This document shows positions 10,889-22,676 of a DNA stretch of 64,000 nucleotides, in pieces. The notes under the pieces were generated by a model. That model was given only the letters and a program-made list of their open reading frames with translations. It did not search any database and was not told the DNA's origin. Position 1 is the first letter of the stretch; each line of letters starts with the position of its first letter. Position numbers and translations under genes: made by a program. Source of the stretch: Azolla caroliniana (lineage: Eukaryota > Plantae > Polypodiophyta); assembly GCA_043228905.1 (NCBI GenBank), contig JBHGNT010000014.1, positions 19,034,001 to 19,098,000 on the forward strand, given 5' to 3'.

Positions 10889-12399
10889 TGCCTCTAGAGC
10901 CTTCGAGCATTTTTGGGAAGTCAACAAAAGATTTCATAGATAATCAACGATAGCAATATCCATGGACCTCAAGCGTTAATAAAGAATAATTGTTTTGCTT
11001 TTTTATCATTTTAATCCTCTCCATTGTCAATCAATTCGTTTATGTACAGTGATTTTGATACGTGTACATGTTTATTTGATCACTAACGTAGAAATTGAAT
11101 GAGAAGGAAAGCTTTTTGTTTATTGTTATATAATCACTTTTTTCATGTTCAAGCATAGGAAGACTTTGCTCAAAAACTTTTCGAAGTAATTTTCATATAT
11201 CACATGATATGAAATGTACATTTTACTATCAATCCATATCTCTTTGTGGCAATTTTGCTTGAAATGGCAAAGTTAGGGTACATGGCTTGCTTAGGTTTTA
11301 ATATGTCCCCATATTAAGAGTTTATCATCGTCTATTCTCCATTACTTAGACTGCAAACATAATTAAAAGTTATTCAATATTTTCCTTTATAGAACTTGAT
11401 GTTCTCTACCATACCATGACATTTGAACATTAGTTGTGTACCTACATTGTTCTTCATTGATTCAAATGCTATGAGAGATGGACCAATGTGACATTATCTA
11501 CCCAAAAATATGCAAAATTTAAACACGAGGAATATGGATGTAAAGAGCAGTTCATTAATTTTAAAATAATTTAAAGATTGGTCCCTCCAATGTTATCCCA
11601 CGACAAGGGAATGTTTGACTACGGGAAAAGCTTGAGCAGTGACGCCAATAATGCATGATGATTACTGGAAAATGAGCATGTTTACTACAAAAACGTCGAA
11701 GTTTTTTAAAGAACATGGGATTGAGTACAAACAAAAAATGATATAGAGAAATTTAATTGAGGACATTGAATGGTATTATATATGTATATGTTGCAAACAA
11801 ACTCTTGTATTCTCATGCATTAATTTATACATAGTGTGTTTCAATTTTACAATCCTTCTATTATGTATTCTTGTAAACTCACTAAATAAATAAATATTAT
11901 GCCTAGATGGTACTCCCATATTTGCATCTCGAAAATGGGTATTGCAAGATCAATTGACAAAGATGAGCCTTGAGGTAAGCATTATAGTTGACCAATATTG
12001 ATTGTTGCATATAGTATTTAATATGCAACATTGATTACATGAAGCGTAGTCTGTGTGTCATGTGTATGGATAAGTGTCATGTCTGTATCCCTAAGTGGAC
12101 ATGTGGACATGGAGGCCCGAGGTGCAAGAAGATGAAACGTCCTTATTTTATTATAACTCCCTTTTTGCATCCGTACTTCTTTTGGCCTAAGAAATCTCCC
12201 CCACCTCCCCCCAATTCAATGAACCAACATGTTTCTTTTATATTATCTGAGAGTTACTATTGGGTTGACGCATATCAAATAAAACTTATTATATTTATCC
12301 ATATGTAAACATTGAGCCTATAACCTTCAAGAAAATAGCAATATACTGTAACCAACTAAGCTAACTTGTAATGACATTAAATCCATCGGCTAATAGATG

Positions 12400-13070
12400 G
12401 ATGGATGCCTTCAACACAGGCAGCTAGTAATATGAATGCACAAGAGGTAAAATCGTCAAGACTTGATTTGAGAGATGCTTGACAACCGCATCCCCCCGTT
12501 TCTGGGAGATTTGGATGTTGATCGTTGGCTTCACCCTTTGGTATGTGTGGAAAGCACACTGCTTAAATGTCTTCCAAGATCTAGTACGCCCCCTAGGGGA
12601 ATTGATAATGGATATATGGTTTGCAATTATCAACTACCTACACGCGCAACTATATGAGGTTTGTGACCACTCGGACGACATGATCACTGCCCGTTTACGT
12701 TTTTGGCATAAATGGAGGAGCACGCTGATGGTGACGCAAGGAGGAAATGGCCCGAGGTGTAACTACCAACCCCCACGCTGGTTATTTCCTGCTCATTTCC
12801 CACCCTCCCTCTATTGAGGGTTAGAGGATCGGGCTCGTGCTTGCCGATGATGGATGTCACTATTTTCGAAAATATGTTTATAGCTCTCAGTACCTAGTTA
12901 CATTAAGTAGAAAATATGAGAGGATATGTACGTACCCATAGTTTCTTTCTCATGCCATAGTTGCTTTCTCATATTCTGGAACTTGGTCGGGGTGTGATTC
13001 CCCAATTTATATATAACCATGTTGTATAGCCTTTATGTAAAAATCTCTCTTAACTAATGGGAAAGTAGCT
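12400..13070 (+). mobile_element. 5'-truncated L1-type LINE 3' fragment
   Basis: 'FWEIWMLIVGFTLWYVWKAHCLNVFQ...NYQPPRWLFP' is homologous to the C-terminus of the 3..1784 ORF; 3' UTR ends with a similar 'ACTAATG' motif. Confidence 0.8.
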
Positions 13071-13465
13071 TGTATTGTCATTTTAATGTCGTTAAATTGT
13101 CAAACACTTCGGAAAGAAAGCTCTTATTACAACATATGTGGTCTACTTATGTAAAATTTGAATTAACAACTTCTAATTTAGTAACGATAGGCTTAACCTA
13201 CTAAGGTAGCTTATATTATACTAATGTTTTCTCACATATTCATTTTGAGTATGTCTCCTTTACAAATGTAATTTGAAACATTACATTTACCTTAGTGGAC
13301 TTGCATTTCTTCTTCTTTTCTACATTTGAATATATAAAATATTTGTAGCAATGTACAAGGCAAAATTAAGCTTGGTTTGGATGTGGTTCATAGTGTATGT
13401 TGTTGGCAACATGACATCTATCCCACTAAATTGGTGTATTCTCCAATGCGCACATCACCTCCATT

Positions 13466-15064
13466 CAGGGCCTAAAATTGACGGGTTAGTCTTAAAGTTT
13501 TTTGACGGGCATTTTTTAAAGATGTATGTCATATGACAGAAGATTGCAAAAACTTAACATGTCATTTGACATACAGATTTTAGACATGAAAAGCTCTATG
13601 TAATGTTCTAACCTTAGTTTTTTAATAAAGCATAGATGATAGTTATAACTTATTAGTAATAACTTAATAATTATAAAAAGGATGGCTAGTAAAAGTTTTA
13701 GTTTTAACTTAAAACTTTTGTACTAAAAGTATTTCATTTCAATATAATACAAACAACCAAGTTATTAAGTAATACAAAAACTATATTGTATAAAATTAAA
13801 TAATGTGATAGATGGTAACTTACCTATTTAAAATGTTGAAGCTTGAGCCTAGCCTTGAAGGATGTCTTCTTCTATTGTTGCTGCAGAACAACTACATATA
13901 AAATCAATAATTTTTAAGTGGAACAATAGCTTACTACCCTAATAGAAGTACTTACTCACTTATTTTCTATACTAATAAGTTATTACTAACCTTAATTTCT
14001 TCATAAAGCATAGATGATAGTTATTAGTAATAACTTAATAACTATAAAAAGAATGGTAACTGTTAAAAGTTTTAATTTTAACTTAAAACTTGTGTATTAA
14101 AACTATTTCATTTCAATATAATACAAACAGCCAAGTTATTGTTTAAATAATACAAAAACTATATTGTATAATATTACATAATGTAATAGATGGTAACTTG
14201 CCTATTTGAAATGTTGAAGCTTGAGCCTAGCCTTGAAGGATGTCTTCTTCTATTGTTGCTGTAGAAATACATATGAAATCAATAATTTTTAAGTGAAACA
14301 ATAGCTTGCTACCCTAATAGAAGTACTTACTCACTTATTTTCTATACTAATAAGTTATTACTAACCTTAATTTCTTCATAAAGCATAGATGATAGTTATT
14401 AGTAATAACTTAATAACTATAAAAAGGATGGTAACTATTAAAAGTTTTAATTTTAACTTAAAACTTGTGTATTAAAAGTATTTCATTTCAATATAATACA
14501 ATCAGGCAAGTTATTGCTTAAGTAATACAAAAACTATATTGTATAATATTACATAATGTAATAGATGGTAACTTACCTATTTAAAATGTTGAAGCTTAAG
14601 CCTAGCCTTGAAGGGTGTCTTCTTCTATTGTTGCTGCAGAAAAACTACATATAAAATCAATAATTTTTAAGTGGACTGTGGAAGAATAGCTTGCTACCCT
14701 AATAGAAGTACTCACCTTTGTTCTGTACTAATAAGTTATTATTAACCTTAATTTTTTAATAAAGCATAGATAATAGTAAAATGTAATAACTTATAAGTAT
14801 AAAAAGATGGTTAGTAAAATTTTTAGTTTTAAATTAAAACTTAAATTAAACCTAGAGTCTAGACTCTACACTCTAGTATATTAGAATTTAAAGTATTTTT
14901 TTTTCGAAAAAAAAAGTATATTAGAGTATTTAATAAATGACTAATGTTATTGTTAAAATTTTAAATCGATTTGAGAATTTATATCATAAATCATGATTCA
15001 TCATTACAATTTACAACTTACAATTTATATTTTTTATTTTAAGTGTGTTTTTAAAAAACATATA

Positions 15065-15098
<34 letters not shown>

Positions 15099-15269
15099 TA
15101 GTAACTAAATACATATATATAAACTTAGAAGTTATAATATTGTCATATTAATATATATTAGACTAGACTCTTAATTCTAGGACCTAGTATATTACACACT
15201 TTATACTAGTAACTTAGTAAGTTGTAACTACATACTACACACATAGTTATAACTTATAACTTATTAGTT

Positions 15270-15301
<32 letters not shown>

Positions 15302-15484
15302 TATATGACATGGAAATTAGAATTTTAGCATGTCATTTGACATGGATAATTTTTAGTGGCCTTTCATATGAAAAGGAAAATTTTATACTTTATATGTCAT
15401 TTGACGGACATTTTTATTAGATGTATGTTTTTGACGGGCAAAATGGCCTTTGACGGGCATTACACCCGTCAAATTTTTGCCCTG
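13466..15484. mobile_element. Non-autonomous hAT-type DNA transposon
   Basis: ~21-bp TIRs (CAGGGCCTAAAATTGACGGGT versus the reverse complement of ACCCGTCAAATTTTTGCCCTG); perfect 8-bp TSD CCTCCATT at 13458-13465 and 15485-15492; subterminal TTGACGGG motifs. Confidence 0.92.
13610..14840. repeat. AT-rich tandem array with ~375-bp period (3+ copies) inside the hAT element
   Basis: 'AACCTTA.TTT.TT.ATAAAGCATAGAT.ATAG' at ~13610, 13988, 14363 and 14743. Confidence 0.92.
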
Positions 15485-15678
15485 CCTCCATTATCAAAGA
15501 AAATATAATACACATATCTATACTCTTATTATCATTATTATTAATAATATCAATATGTCATCATCATTTTTTCTCAACACTACACTATCAATATCATCAT
15601 CATGATTAGCATTTTCTACATATAGAATAATACAGCCCTTCTAATAATCATTAGTAACATCAACATCAACCTCACTAA

Positions 15679-15711
<33 letters not shown>

Positions 15712-16934
15712 AGTCACTAACATCACCATCATCATTTTTCTCATCTGCACACCACTCTAATTATATTCATCATTGACATTTTTAACACATATGATAGTAC
15801 AACCCTTCTAATCATCATGAATAGCTTCAACATCACCATCATCGTCATCGAAGACATAATGATGTGTTGTTAATGCTTCTCCATTGCATTCTTATATAGT
15901 ATCTTTGGAGTTTTAAAGTATTGTTGAAAGTTGATTGAAGATATCGTGAACATTCATGATAACAACTAGCATGGAAATTGAAATCTTCGAGCTTTAGGAA
16001 TAAAGTTTTTTTGGAAGATTTTTTAATGTAACCTCTCATCCTCAAATTTTAACCTTTTGTTATATGGCTCAATATTTGTAAGTGAACTAAAATAGAACAA
16101 AACTTTTTAGAAATGAAATAGTTTTTGGTGATTCTAAATCTTCTCAAGTTACTTGTATGTTCCAATGTTTTTATGTTACCCAACACAATATATCTATCAT
16201 TTTCAATAGTGATTCTAGTGTAAAAAACAAAAATATTTAAGAACCATGAGATATTGGAAAAACATATTGGGACTTCTAAAACTTCTCTAAGTACTTGTCC
16301 ACCATTACGTTTCAAAGTCTATATGTTTCCCAACACGACATATCTATCAATTTCCATGCTCCATTACCCTCCGATTCTAGTTTAAAACAAAAAAGCTATA
16401 AAGACATGGTATTTCTCTACAATTACATGATGTTTATGACATGTTTCTTTTTTTCTTTTTTCTTTTTTTTGCAAAAAAAGATACTACATTAGTATTAGAA
16501 AACACTATAAGGCTATACATACAAGATATACCGCAGATCCCTTGTATTTTTCTAAATTCTAACCAATTGCTTAAATAAATATTTTACTGTTGAGTAAAAC
16601 CACTCCACCTTATCAACAAGCCGTCTATAAAATATACCTATGTCCCAGATGGCATGAAACTCCAAACACTTAAGCTCCGCTTGGTGAGTACCTTTTATAC
16701 TGTTTATGACATGTTTATGTGTCTAGTTGAGAGAATGTGTGCCTTTAATTGATTTTAACATTATATAAAGATGGATTCGATTATAATTAGGTTTTAGTAG
16801 TAATTGCATTAATTATAATTTATAACCATAGAACGTAATATACGTGTTCGTGCAAGTATTCAACAGTTTGAAAATGAACACGTTTGAAAACTAAAAAATG
16901 TGTTCTCCTTTTTTTCATAAATTTTATTACAAAT

Positions 16935-17310
16935 TGACTCACTTTAGTGGTATGTTGTTATGCCACTATTGTTTATGTCTTGGGTTTGATTCCCAATTTT
17001 CTCATCTCTCTCTCATTAGTGTTGTGTCATAGCAAAATTTTATTTTACTATCATATTAGTTTTTTTTTCCACCTTATTCGTAGAAATTAATTCAACCTAA
17101 TGGTTAGTTGTTATACTACTATTGTTTATGTCTTGGGTTCAATTCCCAATTTTCTCATATCCTCTCTTTAGCTTAGTGTCTTGTCATGGCCAAAATTTTA
17201 TGTTAGTGTCATGTTCCTTTTTATTCTTTTTTATTGTTTCTTTGTTATTAGAAATTAGCTCGCCCTAGTGGTAAGTTGTTATGTTACTACTTCCCCTATG
17301 TCATGTTTTC
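16935..17310 (+). repeat. Two to three degenerate tandem units with tRNA/SINE-like A- and B-box remnants
   Basis: 'TAGTGGTA..GTTGTTAT...TATGTCTTGGGTT(T/C)(G/A)ATTCCCAATTTTCTCA' recurs at ~16945 and ~17098, partially at ~17266. Confidence 0.5.
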
Positions 17311-17444
17311 TTCATATTCTCGAATATACATTTTATGGGTTTTTGAACGTTTGATTATAATTTATAATGACATATTTTGATTCAATCTCTATAGTTCACA
17401 CTCATTTTTTTATAAAGTTTTAAGGTGAGGAGGATAGAGATGTC

Positions 17445-17560
17445 TTGATTCTTAAGAAGCATCCCAATGGCATGCATGTGATACAATGCAATTGCAACCA
17501 TACTTATGTTGGTGGTTCACAATGGATTAGAGTCCACTTATTGGGAAAGAATAAAAAGAA
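17445..17560 (+). mobile_element. hAT transposase BED zinc-finger remnant (second copy at ~24060-24165)
   Basis: 'MHVIQCNCNHTYVGGSQWIRVHLLG'; the 24060 copy reads C/Y-K-Y-C-NHTYVGGPQWIRVH; the two DNA copies are clearly similar. Confidence 0.6.
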
Positions 17561-18019
17561 AGATATATTAATGTCTTCTAAGGCCAAATTTACCATGGGA
17601 CAATTGGTTTACAACAAAATGGGATATTTACTCGTTCATCGAAAGTTAAAATAAAATAAAATAAAAATAGAGCTTAAGCTAAATAGTTCTAGTAAATTAA
17701 CAAACATGTTCTACAATGAAATGGCTTTATACTCGGCCTAGTTTCATTTCCATCCAAGTCTCTCGAAAAGAAGCTTGAGGTCAAAGGGTTTCGATGTGGA
17801 TGTGGCCCCCCGTAGTCCCAATGTAGAAGATACCCCAACTATAGCTTCTAGTCGGCGTAGCTCACGTTCCCTTATCTTCTTAATCGTTTCTACTCCACGT
17901 CGAGTTGTTTTGAACTCCAACATCCGAGGCTGTTTGGTTGACATTCTTTGCATTTCTGCTTCCTCAAGAGAGAGGCTGAGTGGCGTAAGTGTATCCACAT
18001 TCATCATCTCCCCTTGTTC

Positions 18020-19009
18020 CTAAAAAATTACACTATTTACATGTTGACGAATATTAAAAGGGTTATGGTTAACACTTTGTCGCATATTCTCCCTATGTTG
18101 TTTTAGCTCTAAGATATACCTACCTAGTCTCTTTATATCCAAGGTATCTAATAGTTTAGAGAGGGTGGGAGAGGGTCCTAATATGTCTTGGTATTCCGCC
18201 CTTATCTCGACATAGGTTGGACACTTGCATGTAAAGTGATACTCATCCTCTATCTCTATGTGACATAATCTACATAGCCTTTCCTCTCTAGGAACTCTAT
18301 TAGCCCGACCATTCTCAATCTCAAGTTGGTGAGATGATATCCTAAGTTGTCCAATGGTCACCCTTAGTGCATTTGATAAGAATGTATCTAGACATCTTGG
18401 TCGTGTAATAAAACCTAACTTAGAGAAGTGCAAGAAGTGTTCATTATAGTACAACATTTTAGATGGGAGTGGCTCTCATGGGGTGATCCATGTATATCGA
18501 GTGTAAATTTGCCATATTTCTTGGCTTATTACTTTATTATAGTCTTCATGAGATATTAAAGTTTGATCAATCCCATGGTTGTACTTAAGGGGAGGTAGGT
18601 TATTAATGTCTATGCCATTTGCAAGTAACCAACTCACTACAATGTTATACCAAGAGCTAGTGTCTCTCGACGAGCGATCCTATCTTGTGGTTGGCTATGT
18701 ATCTGATGAATAAAAACTACCACTTCGAAAAGTGTTTCTACTAACATCGGGGTCAAATTGAACTATGCTCTAATAATGTCATGTGGTACTATCGATTTGC
18801 TTCAGAGTTGACGTGATAATATCGTCACCAAAGGTCTCTCTAATTGCGTGCACATGAAAGATGGTAGGCCTGAAGCCCATACTACTAATGCATACATGAG
18901 GGAAGGGGTCACTAATGAGTCGAAGAACCATCCCTTAGTCCATGGCTCTTGAAAGTATGCCTAGTGGCATAATCTCTCTAAGAGTGAGAGGGATGCATAC
19001 CCTCTTGAA
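18020..19009 (-). mobile_element. Degenerate LINE ORF2, downstream portion (continuation of 6360-6812)
   Basis: Minus strand reads 'SRGYASLSLLERLCH.AYFQEPWTKGWFFDSLVTPSLMYALVVWA...' and then 'QLRISSHQLEIENGR..VPREERLCRLC..EIEDEYHFTCKC'. Confidence 0.88.
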
Positions 19010-19451
19010 AGGACGATAACGATGGTAACTCTAGAAGCAAGGGCGATGACGAAGACGGGTGATGCTTCTAGTTTGAAGGGATTAAAACTGTCACAGACCC
19101 TTGAACAATACAAGAGCATAAAGACAGAGATGTAAATCAAGGAGAGAAGATGGGGCTAAACAAGAAAACTAGATTAATGTGTCAAGGACTGGCATTGAAT
19201 CCCTTGAAAGGGACCGAGGAGATTACAAGTATTTATACATGTTTGTGGGCTATACATGTAGTTCCATGCATAGACCCATTTTCATGTAGAAGCTTTTGAA
19301 GGTTTCTAGAAGCTTCTAAAAACTCCTAGAACTTGGATATGCATAACATGACTATGTATCTGGATGTGTTGGTTAGAACAAAACACTTGACTATATACAT
19401 GAGGTGAAGAGTTCGAATCTTGACATTACTATCAATGTCATGCTTGTGGCA
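19010..19451 (-). mobile_element. 5' LTR (19089-19451) and start of the internal region of the same non-autonomous LTR element as 6813-8439
   Basis: TGCCAC...GTGACA on the - strand, homologous to 8076-8439; preceded by GGAAC (+ strand GTTCC at 19452-19456). Confidence 0.85.
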
Positions 19452-19653
19452 GTTCCTATTCAGTGTTTTCACCCTCGACAATGGTAGCAATTAGTTAGTT
19501 GTCTACATGACAAAAGCAATTAAGAGACTATAAGACCAATTGTCAACATGATTTTTTTTACCCCCTATACGATGGTTGTGAGTGAACCTCAAAATGATGG
19601 TTACTATTGAGATTTTAAACCCTCAACACAATGGTTGTGTATGAGCTCCACAT

Positions 19654-22314
19654 TGTCGTGACTTGAGAGAGAGAGAGAGAATAGAAGAAAGATGGTGATA
19701 GAAGGTATATATAGAGAGAGAAACAGGAAGGAGTTTATATTATAAGAGAACAAGGGTTACAAAAGTAAGCTAAGGGGTGAAGACTAGTGTTGAACCGAAT
19801 GAGTTGTGATGAATGAATAGACACCTATTTATAGGTCCTTATGGAGTATTCTAGAATGTTCTAGAATATTTATGATATTTTACGATAATCATGGAATACT
19901 CTAGAATGTTCGAGAATAGTCTAAATATTTTGTAATAACTAGTAATATGATTATTATGATTATACGTCATATATGTTATTATAATGGTTAAAGGTTTAAC
20001 ACATATTAGACTAAGAAGTTGTGGGATCAAATCCGTGTAAGCCAAAATGTATGTCTTCATGACATTATCCCCCATTTTCAACGACGAGTTCCACGAGTTA
20101 GAAGACAAGATTTAGAATTTGGCTTATGGGGATATTTGTTGTGAAATGCAGCAACCATGTCAGAGACATTAACAAGATTCTCACCAAGCTCCCATGTTCG
20201 ATTATTAGGTGTATAACCTAACCAATCAACCAAATAATATTGTTTGTTGCGGATGATCTTAGAGTCGAGAATGGCAGCAACTTCATATTCAGAGTCATCG
20301 AAAACTTCGACTAGAGGTGGGGGAGATGTAAGACGACCCGGAATAGAGCTTGTTGTGTAGGGCTCCAAAAGTGAAACATGGAAGATTGGGTGAAGACACA
20401 TATGAGAAGGAAGATCAAGGCGAAATGATACATCATTGATCTTACCAGAGATCGCATATGGGCACACCCACACAAACATTGATAATCGAATTTGCAACAA
20501 GGTTTGGTGGTTTTAAAGCTACATTGTAAGAGCCATACTTGATCTCCCACTTGAAACGTAGTCGATGAATCACATCGATGACGGTCGACAACCTTCTTTT
20601 GAGTGTTTTGAGCATCACATAATGATGCAAAAGGATATACTGAATTGCTTGGAGTCGGGTGAGCCAATCTTCACTAGCCGGTTTTGTCAAGAGTTCGGGA
20701 TGTTCAAGCATCGTCCAATAAGGATGGTACCCAATGTTCGCAAAAAATGGGGAATATCCAGTAGAAGAATGTTATGAGTTGTTATAAGCAAATTCTGCCA
20801 AATGTAATAGATCAACCCAATCATCTTGTTGATAGTTGACAAAACAACAAAGTTATTGCTCCACTGTTTGGTTGGTGCGGTCACTCTGCTCGTTAGTTTC
20901 TGGATGGTCTCCGAAAGAGTGTTTGCGAGAAATATGTAAGAGTTTGAACATGTGCCTCCAAAATTTAGAGATGAACTAGGGACCCCGATCACTAATAATA
21001 TCATCTGGAAGACCATGATGGTGAAACACCTCCTGCATGAGTAAATTGGTTGTCTCTTGGCTAGTAATGGCCTTCGTGCATGGAAGAAAATGTGTCATCT
21101 TCGTAAAACACTCTACTACCATGAGAATAGAATCAAAATCCTTGGAAGCTGGTAGATCCATAATGAAGTCCAATGAAATAGATTTCCATGGGCTCTCAGG
21201 AATAGCCATTGGTTGTACAATAAGCCACATGGATGATGTCGAGGTTTTTTTTATGATTCGGCAACATGTGTCACAACTACAAACATAATCTGTAACAAAA
21301 TGGCAAAGTCGTGGCCACCAATATCGTCATCATTTCTTTTTAGCATCAGATAATGGTCTTAGGCGTCATGTTGTCTCGATTTCCATCGGTGTGGGGCCTT
21401 CCATCAAACTGGGCTTTGACACTTATGGTGGAGTTGCAACCACCGAAGCATAATAGGTTTTTTCTGATCTAAGGGTAACATTTGTTGGCGTTCAAAACGT
21501 CGCTCAAATAAGATTGCATAGCGCACATCCTGCCTTATTGCTTCAGTAAGAGATTTCGGATCATCGGCGAAGGTAATAAGTGAATTGTTCACGTCGTTGC
21601 ACAGACCTTGATGAAATTGGTCCATTAGTGCCACCTCATCCCATGGAATATCACATGCCAAGAGGCAAAAATCTACAGCGTAAGCGGAAGTAGGGCGATC
21701 TCCTTGTCGTAATCTTTGAATTTTGTTTATTGTTTATTGTTTACTATTAGTGTTTCCAAAGTTAGGTTCAAATTCCTTTATAAATCCTTCAAAATCTTCT
21801 AATAATGGTGAGTGCAAACCATGCTAATGCAGTACCGATTAACAAGGTACCAACCAGTCCCACACGAGCAACATCAGTTGGGTAACAACTAAGATGTAAT
21901 TTAATCACAAGTCATACCTGATTTAAAAATCCAGGAAACTGAGACCTTGTACCATCAAACTTGGTCGTAAGACTAATCTTTGGTTCTGTCGATGGGGTTT
22001 GAACTTCCACCGCTTGTCGTTGCAGTAGAGTAGTCTCCAATTGATTCACTCGTTGAGATAACTCTTCATATTGTTGTACTTTCTCATCACTTACTTGTTG
22101 TAGGTGCCCAAGCTGTCTTTGATTTTCTTGCTCCAATGCCACGAACTTAGTTGTTAGCATGTCGAGCTCAGACAGTACACGCATATATTCTTGCTTGTTG
22201 ACAGTCTCCATAGTTATGAGAGAAATTTGCTAGATTTCTTGAATAAGAAAGATAAGAAGGAGAAGTTGGAGAAGAAGAAAGAAGATTTGGTTCAAACTAT
22301 CGTGAGTTGAGAGC

Positions 22315-22367
<53 letters not shown>

Positions 22368-22676
22368 GGAAGGAGTTTATATTATAAGAGAACAAGGGTT
22401 ACAAAGAGTAGGCTAAGGGGTGAAGACTAGTATTGAACCGAATGAGTTGTGATGAATAAATAGATATCTATTTATAGGTCCTTATGGGGTATTCTAGAAT
22501 GTTCTAGAATATTTATGATACTTAGATAATCATGGAATACTCTAGAATGTTCCAAAATACTCTAAATATCTTGTAATAACTAATAATATAATTGTTATGA
22601 TTATACATCATAATGGTTAAAGGTTTAACACATACACCAAGAAGTTGTGGGTTTGAATGAGTATGTTTTCATGACA
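19654..22676 (-). mobile_element. Ty3/gypsy chromovirus (Tcn1-like), internally deleted and degenerate
   Basis: LTRs at 22298-22676 and 19654-20064; PPT GGGGGATAA next to 20064; gag ('KFDGTRSQF', 'WDEVALMDQFHQGL'); integrase ('PWKSISLDFIMDLP', 'HGLPDDIISDRGP', 'HPIFHVSLLEPY'); chromodomain 'EYEVAAILDS...YYLVDWLGY'. No PR/RT/RH seen and no TSD evident. Confidence 0.92.
22316..22363. repeat. (GA)n microsatellite within the 5' LTR; other SSRs include (TA)n ~15067-15097, (ATC)n ~15680-15710, (GA)n ~23859-23893, (TA)n ~26105-26131
   Basis: Read directly from the sequence. Confidence 0.9.

Noticed and set aside
8076-19451. Inversion by recombination between two inverted solo LTRs
   Set aside because: That model leaves a permuted internal-LTR-internal insert in the LINE. 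Breakpoints at 6812/19010 explain the PBS, PPT, TSD and LINE frame with a single event.
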